DNA of 63,279 nt, counting the filler, from Reticulomyxa filosa (Eukaryota > Protista > Foraminifera), in NCBI GenBank assembly GCA_000512085.1. It is 22 parts of 22 records of this genome, joined end to end, with 100 filler letters (N's around TTAATTAATTAA, not from the genome) between each part and the next. Parts side by side here need not be neighbours in the genome. Positions count along the whole stretch, not along the records: positions 34,885 to 38,967 come from ASPP01007710.1; positions 39,068 to 42,678 come from ASPP01027263.1; positions 42,779 to 45,164 come from ASPP01011614.1; positions 45,265 to 47,825 come from ASPP01027471.1; positions 47,926 to 50,860 come from ASPP01003921.1; 17 more parts are not named here. The stretch is one strand, 5' to 3'. Made by a program: the position numbers and the translations under genes. This document shows positions 38,657 through 50,960 of this stretch, piece after piece; the stretch's first letter is position 1; each line of letters opens with the position of its first letter. The notes under the pieces were generated by a model. The model had not been told where the DNA came from. It searched no databases and saw only the letters and a list, made by a program, of their open reading frames with translations.

Positions 38657-38967
38657 CATGCAATTATGCATGCTTCTTTCCGTTCGTTTTCTTCTTTTTC
38701 TTCTTCTCCCTACAGAAGCGCAAAAAAAAAATTAGTGCGACCACGGCTCTTCTTCACTCGAAAGAGTCGTCGACTAGTTTTACCATTGACATCCCTGCGG
38801 ATGCACCGGAACAAAAAGTATCCTACTTCACCGTCTTTCAGAAGCTCAAGCATCTTGCGTTGGCTCTTTTTTTGGTGCTCTTTGTCACTTTTTTGATGTT
38901 TCCAGGTACTTTACGTACTCACATGTTTTCGTGTGTTTATATACCTTTTTTTTTTTTTTTTTTTTTT
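36745..38967 (+). CDS. Equilibrative nucleoside transporter (ENT/SLC29 family), 3' truncated
   Basis: PKDKYNFVY..LGAGSLLGYNALIT, SSIVQG, GQAMAGVLAS and FLVLFVTFLMFPG. In-frame introns 37094-37226, 37629-37777, 38506-38715 and from 38906. Confidence 0.92.
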
Positions 38968-39123
38968 NNNNNNNNNNNNNNNNNNNNNNNNNNNNNNNNN
39001 NNNNNNNNNNNTTAATTAATTAANNNNNNNNNNNNNNNNNNNNNNNNNNNNNNNNNNNNNNNNNNNNTTTTTTTTTTTAAATTAACTGGTTTTAAAAAAT
39101 TTTTTTTTTTTTTGAGAATAAAA

Positions 39124-39630
39124 TTACTTTTGCAATTTTTTGGCCATTACTTTTCGGATTGATTTGATGTTAGCACAGCCGCGGAACTCCGCAGTGCTAG
39201 AATGCATTATGTGCGATGCGATGTCATGTACAAACTCGAGCTTCCAAATCACGTGATCCCAAAGTCGACATACCTTTGACAGTTTTGTGAATACTTCAGT
39301 TGGATGTAAATATTTGAAGACGTACTTTTGCAAGTCGTCCGGCAGATTCACGATTTCCAAAAATCACTGCTTGCAAACACTTCACCTAGACATGTCTCTC
39401 GATCTAGTGTTCGCTTTGCCAAAGGCTATTTTTTCTATCTCCTTTTCTTTCACGCTTTTGCGCGCTTTCTTTAATTTTCTCGTGCTTGCTTCTATTGGCG
39501 GCTCTGTTGCGTCCGGTTGCGCACACGATTTTGAGTCTCGAGTATCTTGTTCATTTGGCATTGTTTCAGCCATCATTTCTGCGAGCTTTCGCTTCTTGTA
39601 TCGTTTTTTAATTTTCTTTTCTTGAGCCAT
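39124..39630 (-). CDS. F-box protein, N-terminal part (apparent frameshifts), 3' truncated
   Basis: IVNLPDDLQKYVFKYLHPTEVFTKLSKVCRLWD fits the F-box consensus. It is preceded by a basic N-terminal ORF starting at ATG 39630. Confidence 0.75.
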
Positions 39631-39864
39631 TGTTACGGTCGTATACGCAACTTTTTTGCTCCTTGTGCTCCTCTTTTGTTGTTGTAGTTGCCAAAGAAAC
39701 TGTGTCACAGCTTTCACAAAACGTATAAATTTAAAAATAGTTTTCTAGTTGCGTTTTTATAAAGTACTTAACATATACATCACAAATTGGCTTTGCTGCT
39801 GTTTGTGTTCGTTTCCCCTTTATAACGTTAGCAGCAAGTCAAATCTTTCATAATTAATTAAACC

Positions 39865-41139
39865 ATGGCATCATCAGAGACAACATCCTCTCATTATCTG
39901 TTGCCATTCTTGTTATTTAGTGGATTTGTGGCCGGAGCTTGTGCGACCTCGTTGTACGACAAGCATAACGAAAAGAAAAGCGCAAAAAGAAGCGCAGGAA
40001 TAAAAGCCTTAACAACGAAGAGAGCACAGGAATGGAAAAACCGAGCACTATTGTCAATGGAAGATATATCACTGGAAGATATAGAACTAGTCTTGGAATG
40101 CGCAAGTGAGATGAAGGAGCGAGTGTTAAACGAGGACGAATCGCTCCTAACGATTGCACCGAACAAAATACTTGGGTGCATTTTTTACGAACCCTCGACA
40201 AGGACATGCAGTTCTTTCCAAGCGGCGATGCAACGTTTGGGAGGAAAGCTTATCTCCATCACGGACGTGCAAAGCAGCAGTGTGAGCAAAGGCGAGACAT
40301 TGGACGACACAATTCGTTGTCTGGCCCAGTATTGTGATGCTGTGTGTATACGTCATCCTACCAAAGGTGCAGCAAAACAAGCTGCAATTGCCGCACAAGT
40401 TTCGAAGGGGGGGGGGAAGAAAAAAAAGGAAGAATTTTTTTTAAAGGTTTTTTTTTTTAAAAAAAGTATATACTTTTTTTTTTTTTTTGTGCGAAAACGT
40501 AGAAATAATAGAATTTTCTTTTTTTGAAAAAAAACGAATTAGAAAGATAATGTCCCGGTAATTAATGCAGGTGACGGAAGCGGTGAACATCCGACACAAG
40601 TGCTTTTGGATTTATTTACAATGTTTGAATACAACGAAAGACACAGAATCGATAACCTGACGATGACTTTCATCGATTTGAAATACCGAAGGACGGCACA
40701 TTCATTGGTCCCGGCTTTGTTCAAATTCAGAAATATCAAGGTCCACTTAGTATCCCCGAAATTTCTCGCCTTTCCGGATGAATTGAAAAATAAGCTGATT
40801 GAGGATGAGCGTATCAAGAAGCACAATAATACCATTATTGAATCGAAAGAGATCACTCAGACAATCCTTCAAACAACTGATGTCATGTATGTCACTCGCA
40901 TACAAAAAGAACGCTTTTCTGATAGCAGCGTTTACGAAAAGTTTAAAGGTGTATACGTCATCGATAATTCATTGCTGAACAAGTGCAAACCTACCATGAT
41001 CTTAATGCATCCTTTGCCACGAGTTGATGAAATTGCCACCGAATGCGACGATAATCCCAGATCCAAGTACTTCCAACAGATGAAATGTGGAATGTACGTG
41101 AGAATGGCTCTACTTGCTCTTATCTTGGGCAATCACTGA
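39865..41139 (+). CDS. pyrB: Aspartate carbamoyltransferase, stand-alone, two exons
   Basis: FYEPSTRT, SSVSKGETLDDT, IRHP, INAGDGSGEHPTQ, YVTRIQKER and HPLPRVDEI. In-frame intron 40399-40542. Confidence 0.97.
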
Positions 41140-42155
41140 ACAATACCCGAGCAAAGAACAACAATATAATGTCTTATTCGTTTCATTATCTATCATTTAC
41201 TTTAAGTTTTTAAATTAGTTTATTTCATCGAATGAAAAATGATTTCTTTTCTTCTTTCTTTTTTGTATCTTGTCGAAAATAACATAAACAACACTATTCA
41301 GTAAGTATTTCTGGTTAGCTGAACAACAAAAACTGATTTCATACATTTGCTTTGACAAAGTGATGTAAAGAGTTCACCAGTTGAACCGATAAATCACATT
41401 TTTTTAAGGAATTATTTTGTCAAACGTGCTCTTTTCAAAACACCTTAAAAAAAATTTGTGCGTTAAATATACTTTTCACATTAGAGTGAAAATAAAAAGT
41501 ATCTTACAAAACATACGAAAAACGACTACCATAAAACATAAAAAATGAAAAATGAAATTGAAGATTACAAACCAAGTCAGGACGTTAGATCAAACTTTTG
41601 ACAATCGATTGGTGAAATTTCGGTGAAATAACTTTGCTGTGTGACAAAGTTAGATCGCGATCAGTGTTTTTCAATAAATTTACATTGAAAATAATTTATT
41701 TTGAAAACTAAAAAATTAGTCGTTTTTTGATACTGTATTCTTTCAGATTTAACGATATACTTTTTATCTTTCAACGATAAAGAGAAGCGAATTGGTAAAA
41801 AGAAAACAGAAACATTTGGCGTGATTTAAAGCGGACATGAATCAAGACTGGTCCAAAGCAGGAAATGCACAAGATTGTTCAAAGAATCATTTGCATTTCT
41901 AAACTTGTTATCAGAATTTTATGACTGGTCAACCATCATATCCAAGAAAACTCAATTTTTTGTTAACAAAAATTTTTTTTGCAGAATTTAATGTTATTTT
42001 CAAAGTTTGTACACTGTGAAGGTATGATGGTTTTTGACTACTGTTTGCTTTGTCTTTACTTATCATTGGTTTTTTTGCTTAATGCCAGACAAGTCAAGTT
42101 AATTCAAAAGCATAATAACTAAAATTTTTTTTATGTAAAATTGTTTTTATGAAAA

Positions 42156-42678
42156 TTACCATTTGGATAAATCACTTTTTGCATTGTGTACTGCTTGTAT
42201 TTTCTCTAGCATTGGCTTTGTTAAGTTTGTGCATGTTTTTTTGTCAATTTTTTTCCATTTTAATTCAAATTGTTTCCAAAGTCCTTCTTTTGATCTGAAT
42301 GGTCCATTTTTAAATATTTTTATTTTCATTATCCACCATATATTTTCGATTTAGTTCAGGTCTGGAGAATTTGGCGTGAAATCCAATACTTTGATAGCAT
42401 TTTGTTCAAAACATTCTTTTGCTGTAATTGCCGTGTGGCTGGTGGCATTATTTTGCTGAATATCTAATTTTCATTATCTTCTAAACCCCAATTAATGCTT
42501 TTTGAGCATTTCATCACCTAGCACTTCTTTATAAATATATGCATTGACACATCAATTAATGTTACATGCATAAACAGGTCCTAACACTTCAAAGCAAGAC
42601 CACACTATTATGCTTCCACCAACAATTTTTGATATTTTTATTGGGCATATTTATGACTTACTCAAAATTTTTTGCAAC
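42156..42678 (-). mobile_element. Tc1-family DD34E transposase pseudogene (C-terminal half)
   Basis: Minus strand reads GGSIIVWSCF...QQNNATSHTA...LDFTPNSPDLN*IENIW...AVHNAKSDLSKW*. Exactly 34 codons separate the (D>N) and E positions. A possible terminus TA|CACTGTG lies at 42010. Confidence 0.9.
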
Positions 42679-43039
42679 NNNNNNNNNNNNNNNNNNNNNN
42701 NNNNNNNNNNNNNNNNNNNNNNTTAATTAATTAANNNNNNNNNNNNNNNNNNNNNNNNNNNNNNNNNNNNNNNNNNNNTTTTTTATCTTTATCAAATGTT
42801 TGTTTGCGTTTGTTAATAGGCATGCCCCATCAAAAAAAAAAATAAATTTATTACTACTCCCCCCTTGTCTGTGCCAAAGAAAAAAAAATTACAGATAATC
42901 GAAATTGGGGATTTTAGCTCCACAGCCAAAGTATTTTTTTTTTTAAAAAAAGTGAAAAAACTATTTTACGTTGTGATATGTTTACAGGATCGAGACAAAG
43001 CGAAATTTGATGTTTTTTTATTTTTATTGGATTGGAAAA

Positions 43040-43340
43040 TTTGGGGAAAAAAATAAAGTTAAAAAAAGGGATTGAAAAAAAGTGACATGAAAAAAGTGTT
43101 TGGAAAAAATGAAGGGGAAAAATTAAAAAAGAATTAGAAAAAAAAGAAAAAAAAGGACAATTGGAAAAAAGAAAAATTAAAAAGATGAAAAAAATATAAA
43201 GAGAAAAAAATAAAAAAAATACAATTGGAAAAAAGAAAAATTAAAAAATGAAAAAAAGAAAAAGATAAAGACAAAAAAAAAGAATGTAAAAATGTTAGTA
43301 AATAAAAAAAGAAGATAAAGAAATAAGAAAAAAAAATGCG
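43040..43340. repeat. A-rich purine low-complexity tract with an internal duplication
   Basis: ACAATTGGAAAAAAGAAAAATTAAAA occurs twice. The region is mostly A-runs. Confidence 0.6.
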
Positions 43341-43359
43341 CAAAGACTTGCGCTAGATC

Positions 43360-45164
43360 GTTGGTGACTTAATTTGGTGTATGCGCAAAACTCAAATCAG
43401 GAAGCAAGAAGATGAGGACAAAGTGAAGAAAGATGTTCAGAATCATATCAAGTTGGATTTGTTTATAAAAAAACAGTTTGTCTGCTTTGCTCAGTTTAGT
43501 TATTGAAAGTTTTTTCAAGACTGTGAATTGAGACTTCGCGAATTTCCGAACATGGACTAACTTCATACGCGTCACAATGGAATATTTTGAACGACTGTGA
43601 CAATGCAGTCGCACTTGCAAATCGAAACATTAGAAAGACTTGTGTATGCCTACGTTGATGGCGAATAAGTATATGATGAAGACTGGTCGCTAAATTGAAA
43701 CTTAGTGTACGTGCGCGTATGCGCAATTTGGAGTTCAAATCATGATTGGACTAACATGAGGAATCGCGAGCAACATCTAGCATTGGTGATCGGTGAATAT
43801 TTAGAGAAAGCGGAAGACAGAAACGTTTATCGCCATTTGTGTTCGTTTACTATTGGTCGAATTGACGTGAGTTTGGATTGTGGATCTCTATGATGAAAAA
43901 AAGAAAAGGAGAACGTCGGCAACTGTAAGAATACATCCAAAAATGAAAAAAAAAAGATAAGATAGTACAATCCTTGGTAAATAGTCCAAACATTGGACGA
44001 GTTAGAAATGATATCGACCATTATCCAAGGTGTTCCTCACTTGATAGTAGATTAACTTCGTAGTTGGAGAACATCCATTATATGATTGCATTCAAACGGT
44101 TGGACAAGATTCTCCAGTTCAATCGCGGAAGATCAGTATCTCAGTGGCAAGAATCAAAAGCAAGCTTTCCAATATAAAAAAATGAAGATGTAGTGATATC
44201 GCGCAAAATGAATACAATAGCGACATTATTATATTGCGACTGCGACAGCGACTGGATTAGCTGAAGAAGTGGTGGTCAACGAAGAAAAGAGCAAAAACGT
44301 CGTTAAGAGCTGATCCAAATAAAGGTCGAGCAAACCATTACATCGGGAGAATGGTTCCGTGTGGTAGTGGCTCAATTTGGCAGAGGAGCTGTGCGAAAAT
44401 CAAGCAGAAGAGGAAGAGTAGGAGAATGAAGAAGGTTAGGTCGATGCAATATCGAGTTGGATTTGTGTTTGTTTTTGTTTTTAAAAAAACTAGTTTTCAT
44501 ATCTTGTTGAATTTGTCATGAAATGGCCGTTCATGTCTGCAAACAGCGACTTTGCGCATTTCAGACATGAACTGACTCACTATAAAGCGCCCCATGAAAG
44601 ATAATTGCAGTTGCGACTCGAAGATTGAAAAAACTTGTTCGAAATCAACATAGGGGCATACAAGTCCCTACATGATAGTTCTTGGCGTTACAAATTATTC
44701 GAACAGCGATCTCCCAGAGCAACGAACAAGTCACATTCGATCATTATAAAAATAGAGCTAATTTTGCAAATTCATGACAATAGTCAAAACGCAGATATTG
44801 ATCGCTCATGTTGAAACTGATTGCCTGCAAATCTGCGCAACTTTGTATTTTGGATAGTGCGTACGCTGATGATAGGTATCGTGTGCTCGCGATAGACAAA
44901 AAGAATTGAGTATCTTTTTGCGTTTATCGAACAAGCGCTAATTAATCTTTGATGAATTGTCTCTGGGATCGATTATAGACTTGTTGGCTATGACGATGAA
45001 GTGCAAATCGTCAATTTGTATTTGTTTGTAATTGGATTCAAGTCAATCTGATTTGAATTGTAAATCACGTAGGTACCTTTGGCATACTCGATAATGCCGT
45101 TGAATTATGGCAAGCAAAGGCAGCAAGAAAGCAAGAAGTTCATTGAACACGTCCAATAATGGGG
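43360..45164 (-). pseudogene. Decayed coding-like sequence, unknown family
   Basis: Higher-GC, coding-like composition but only short broken ORFs. The strand is tentative. Confidence 0.25.
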
Positions 45165-45264
45165 NNNNNNNNNNNNNNNNNNNNNNNNNNNNNNNNNNNN
45201 NNNNNNNNTTAATTAATTAANNNNNNNNNNNNNNNNNNNNNNNNNNNNNNNNNNNNNNNNNNNN

Positions 45265-45826
45265 AAATCAAATCAAATCCAACTCTTGAAGGAAAAATTT
45301 CTGTGGACCAATAACAGACCCAGGATGGCAGATACGTAGCCACGCAATAACCTCGGCGGCGCTCCAAGCAAAGTGTTTCATAATGTAGCAGCAATGAGTG
45401 TTCCAGTGCGACCCAGCCCAGCCTTGCAATGTACAGCAATAGCACCTTTGGCAGTTTTGCAAATGCGCAAGAACTGCTGCACAATGGCGAGCGAAGATGT
45501 GGTCCCATCAACAAAGTACAAATCGTAATGTGCAAATCCTTCATTGGTCCACACCGCATTGTCATAGCATTTTTTATTGAGAAAATGGTCGTGACGCCGA
45601 GCTTTTTCCAAATGGGAATATAAAATTGGGGAGTTAACGCCGGATACCCGTCCTCATCAATGTCGCGATCATGATGTCTAGCAAATGCTATTAATTTTTG
45701 CGGAATCTTCATGTTGATGCACTCATGTTGCATCGCTCGATACACTGTCCAACAACAATGTTCTACTGTACATTTGTACATGCATAATCCCATTGACGCA
45801 CTGCGAAATGGCAATGCTCTTTTCAC
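45265..45826 (-). pseudogene. CDC14: Cdc14 dual-specificity phosphatase, disrupted copy
   Basis: [44 protein letters not shown] and [16 protein letters not shown] are spread over three frames, with short deletions. Confidence 0.85.
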
Positions 45827-48085
45827 TTTTTTTTTTATTATGTGTTTTTGAACTTTAAGTGTTTTCTCTCCCTTCCTACTCCTCCCAAAAGTTTGTGGTA
45901 AATACCAAAGTCATAGATCCTAATGTAGAGAATGTCTGATGAACTTTCTAGATCAAACCATATAGTTTTCCTCTCCCGCAGAACTACCGTTTTCCCCTTT
46001 TCCAAGCTGTGCAATTCCCTTTTGCGTTGAAAATAATTTATGTAACATTATATTATGGACAACACTTTCAAAAAAGTAAAAACTTTGTTGGATAGATATT
46101 TTTAATTTTGAAGATTCTATTACAACTTGTTCAAATAGAATAACAAAAAAAAACAATGTTGAATTATTTTTTCTTTGGGCAGATTCAATCATAAATATAT
46201 AACAAAAGAGTTTTCAAGCTATTTTATCGACATAATGAATAAAATTTAACAATATCTATGCTTTCTTTCCAATTAGAAATAAAACACTTTAAAAAGTTGC
46301 TTTGAAATTGATTGTGTCAAGTTACATCTGCGAAATAAAAACCCAAATTTTTTTACAAATTTGGCCAATTTTCTGAAGATTTTTTCAACACGATATTTTG
46401 TGTAAAGTATTTTAGTATTTGTAGGGCAAGTCCATACTATACATGACTGAACTCTGAAGGATTTGAGGAGCCATCAGAGGTTAAACTTCTCCACCAACTC
46501 TCTTTACTATTTGTTCTTCCAAGTATTTCAAAACTAAAACCATTTGCTTATTATTACTTAGAAATGTCTTTAATACTTCCAAAATAAACCAGTGTTAATT
46601 GAAAATGTTGGCTGTAACGGTTTCATCTGATTGCAATCAACCAATTCTTGAACATATTTTTTGTATTTTTTTGATTCTTGTTAAATAGATCCATTTATTG
46701 CTACCAATGCATTTTTTTAATGTTTTTACTTTTCCAATTATTCAAAGTATCTTCAAATGTTAATTTTTGCATTTTTATCAATAATGCTATATTTTGTTTC
46801 ATAATTGCAACTCAAAAACAAGCACAAAGCAAATAATTCACTCACTTCCTCTTTTTTTGAAGCTCGAATAAAATCAAAAAAATATAACATTTACATTTGT
46901 ATTTATTTAATGACCATACTCGAAATTGTTCAGTTAACATTAGTTTTTTAACATATATGCAAAAAAGATGGGAAAATATATTACACTAGCAATTGTATGT
47001 TGAAGAAGATCAAAAAGAAATACAAGGTAAAGAGCCAAAAAGTAGTGAAATAAATGAAACACATTTGTCAGTTTGTATATGCATTTATAAAAGTGTATCT
47101 ATGTCGTTTCTATTTAAATTATCTAAATAACCTTAGTCTTTTTTTTTATTAAAAAAGATTCAACAAATGAAAAAATTATTTTCATAAAACGAAATTGATA
47201 AAAGTCCCCAATTTCTTTTGCATTACAGCCGAAAGATTATGTTAATAAGGAAAAATTTCTTTTTTTTCTTTATCATTGTCTCCATTTTAGCAGCTTTTAC
47301 TTTTAATTTTTCCAATCAAATTTGGCTTTCAGTTCATTAGCTCCATTTTTGGATTCATTCATTTGTATAACTCACATTATTTCTATGTTTTCCATTTTCT
47401 TCTTTCGATAATTGTTTTGTCTTGTTTTTAAGTAGTCCGTTCTGAAAAGTAAAATTAAATTAAATATTTTTTTTCGTTTGACACGATATCTTTTTTTAAA
47501 AATAATGGTAACATAAATCATCTGAGGACCTTCAAATTTTTGTTTGTTCAATCGTTCCAATTATGCTAAACAATATCTTTAATTTAGTTATACTCTTTTT
47601 TTATTTGAATTTTTGCATCAATCTTTTCAAATTATCAATTGCCAAAAACCTCTTTTTTTCTCTCGCTCCAACTTATCACTATAAATATTTGATGCACTGT
47701 ATTACTATGTATTCATATTTACTTTTGTACATACATTTCCTTTCACAAAAAATATTTTAAAAATATTAGGATTACCATGTTCCTTTAAAAGTTTTGTAAA
47801 ATTACTTTCTATCACATATAATAAANNNNNNNNNNNNNNNNNNNNNNNNNNNNNNNNNNNNNNNNNNNNTTAATTAATTAANNNNNNNNNNNNNNNNNNN
47901 NNNNNNNNNNNNNNNNNNNNNNNNNGTCTTGAATATTATGTACAAAAATTTTTTGATTTGTTGTCATTCTTTCACGTGCGAATCACATATCGTCGAAGAA
48001 TGTAATTTCTTATTTCAATTCAAAGTCAAGTCGTGGTCCACATTCTTGTAAAACATTGTTATCGATTTGATTTGAGATATTAAAA

Positions 48086-49200
48086 ATGTTTCAAATGGAT
48101 TATCGAAAAGAAAATGCACAATGCAAGGATTTAATGCTTGTAATGCAGTATATAATATACCATTTTAGCTATGTGCGTTTAATTAATTACTGCCCCATTG
48201 CCACTACACTTTTTTATCGACGCCAACTATTGGGTATAAATGCATCGAAAGTATATGGATATTGGTTGATTATACTTCCGGACTCACTTCCAATTTGATG
48301 ACCAATCATACAATATCGCGCAAAGATTTGGCTTTTTCTATTCTCGATCAAGCAAGAAATATCAAAATTGACAAGCAGCTCAAGCATGTATTACAGAAAA
48401 AGCCCACTCAATCAAAAGCATTGAATATGGACTATTTTATCTATCAGCGCAATGGAGGTATCATTGACATGTACGGAAAAGTAATTGACGTATCATTGTT
48501 TGGCTTTTCTCCTGCGGCTGTATATTCCAATCACAAGACAAAAGACAGTAACCCAAAAGATTGTATCCAATTGAGATATTGGGACTCGGATGAAAGCATC
48601 AGATATTGTGAACAAGTGGTTCAAAGCAGCTCACCGGGCATATGTAATAAGTATTCCATTGAATATTGCGTCTTTAGTTGTAGTGCAAGAATTGAATACC
48701 TTATTCTCGATTACATATGGTATTGAGTGCTTTTCGCAGACACTTGGGCACCTCCAACAATGGCGCTACTCGAATGTACTACCTCTGAATTCATGTTATC
48801 ACATGGAGAAAGCCATGATCATATTAACGACCATAAATGTAACCGTTTACGGGTCATCGAGAATAAAGAAGGCGATGTGAATCAGTATCCATTAACTGAA
48901 TACATTTGTGACAGTGCGATTGCCCAATTCTGGTAAATATCGTAATCATATCACAAAAAATGGATTGCTTCGTGGTGAATCCACAAATCGATCCATACAA
49001 TTAAAGAAAGGAACGAGAAAACCTTTCCATGATTGTAGTGAATGTAATTGTGATTTTACCATTGGATAACGGCAGCATAGAATTATGGAGATAATGAAGT
49101 GGTCGCTATTTTGCAGAAAATGTCCCTTGTAGCACGCGATCCTGCATTGCTCAAGTTACAAGAAAAGCTCGTGAAATTGGTAGAAGTTCCATTTAATGGA
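48086..49200 (+). pseudogene. Fragmented gene, unknown family
   Basis: ORFs 48262-48726 and 48727-48936 are in the same frame, separated by a single stop. The flanks are broken. Confidence 0.35.
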
Positions 49201-50960
49201 TAAAAGTGTTGTATTTCACTATCGATGTGAATTTATACGTTATTTGTATCATATTGTCAGTGGCTGTAAATATGTATTAGCCGAGGCAATGTGAACATGG
49301 ATCTTTTCGTTGTGGAGTGATTTTTTTTAGCTTTGGATAGAGAAAAAATTAATGAAAGTGGAAGAAAAAAAAAAGAAGTAAAACATAAATATAGTCGGAT
49401 TATTTCGAGCAGTAATAATTGTGTGGGAAAAAAACGAAGTATCAGTGCAAAGAGGTGTGAATCTATCATGGGAAGTAAGCCATTTGTCCGCATCTACACA
49501 GAGGCAATTCGGATGAATAGGACCAACAGAATAAATTCATTGGATGTGCATGGACACACTTCAGCGATGCAAGTTGGTATGCTGTCCGTGTTGGTTTGAT
49601 GGAAGATATAAAACTTGTGATATGTCACAATTCAATTGGTCAACACAAAATTTACTCAAAGTCATTAAGTTAAAAATCATTTGTTTTTTGTCTTTCATTC
49701 TAAGTAATTTGTTTTCTCTCTAGTTAAAAGAAAATATTTTACATTTGATTAATGTAAAACGTATAACATCAAGAAGTAGAAAGAGAGAATAATAGCGGTC
49801 TGTCAATTTATTACGATGAAAGAGATCTAATTGTGTGATCCTCTGTTTAAAATGCATTGGCACACATATTTAATCAATGATCCGCAAAAACAAGAACTTA
49901 CGCGTACCAGCATAGACACAGCCAGCGGAAAAAAAAAGATCAAGGCATTGTCCAAGAATGGAAAAAAAAGTAGGTTGACAAGCGCACGAACTTAAAAAAG
50001 GGCCATTGGAATTTGAGTGAAGACATTGCTATTGGCTACATTGTCGACGTGTGCACGAAATTGATTGAAATGTGACTGTGTGTAAGTGTACCAAATTGGG
50101 ATGCCGTCAACTGTGAGCTGAAAATAAAAAGTCTTATCCGGGTTGATTTAGTTGACCGTCATGTTGAAGTATTTGTTATGACTGAACTTCTAAAAAAGCT
50201 TGGGTTAGAGTTGAAAATGTATCTCCTTTTTTTTTTTATGTTTTTAATTTAACAATTTTATTCATTTCTCCAATTGTTTGATATTTTTAAAATTTTCTGT
50301 AATTTCAACTTTTTTTCAAATTTTAAAACATTGAAACAAAACACTTTTTGTAATTATATCATTCAATAGGTAATCTTCTTCAGTTGTTGTTAGCATCAGG
50401 ATTCACCTTGAAAAACTATTCGATTCATAGCAGAGAAAGAAAGAAAACGCTAAGTGTTTTAAGTTTTTTCCAAGTTATGCGGAAATGTTTTTGGTTATTA
50501 AGTAAAAATCGTTTATATATTTATATACACAAGTATATAATAAATAAGCATGTTTCTATTGTATAACGTGTACAAAAAAAAAAGGTGCGTCAGGAAGTGG
50601 CAAAATAGCAACAGTTGTGTTAAGTCCAGAAACGCTGCAGCTGGAGTTCCCACACAAAATCGTGTTTGTGGTGATGCCCAAACAAAACACCAAAGCAATG
50701 GCGCAAAGATGTGCACACGACGTTCCCAAGTTCAAAATCGAAACAATGACTCATCAAATCTTTCGAGAAATGCTTCAAAATGGAGCATGTATTCCGACTA
50801 TTCAACACGTTTTGCGAGCTGGAGTTTCGATACAATTATAAATATACAAATACATATATANNNNNNNNNNNNNNNNNNNNNNNNNNNNNNNNNNNNNNNN
50901 NNNNTTAATTAATTAANNNNNNNNNNNNNNNNNNNNNNNNNNNNNNNNNNNNNNNNNNNN

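Noticed and set aside
36745-41139. Apparent pyrimidine cluster (nucleoside transporter near ATCase)
   Set aside because: The spacer at 38968-39067 separates them, so there is no linkage evidence.
46440-46660. Minus-strand SDGSSNP (RNase H-like) and SDET (transposase-like) words
   Set aside because: The motifs are too short and have no supporting context. This may be TE debris but cannot be called.
2642-49200. Alternative genetic code explaining the in-frame stops
   Set aside because: Conserved genes have no internal stops and end normally in TGA (ATCase) or TAA (SDR), and the RLE ORF ends in TAG. The interrupted regions contain mixed stop types plus frameshifts.
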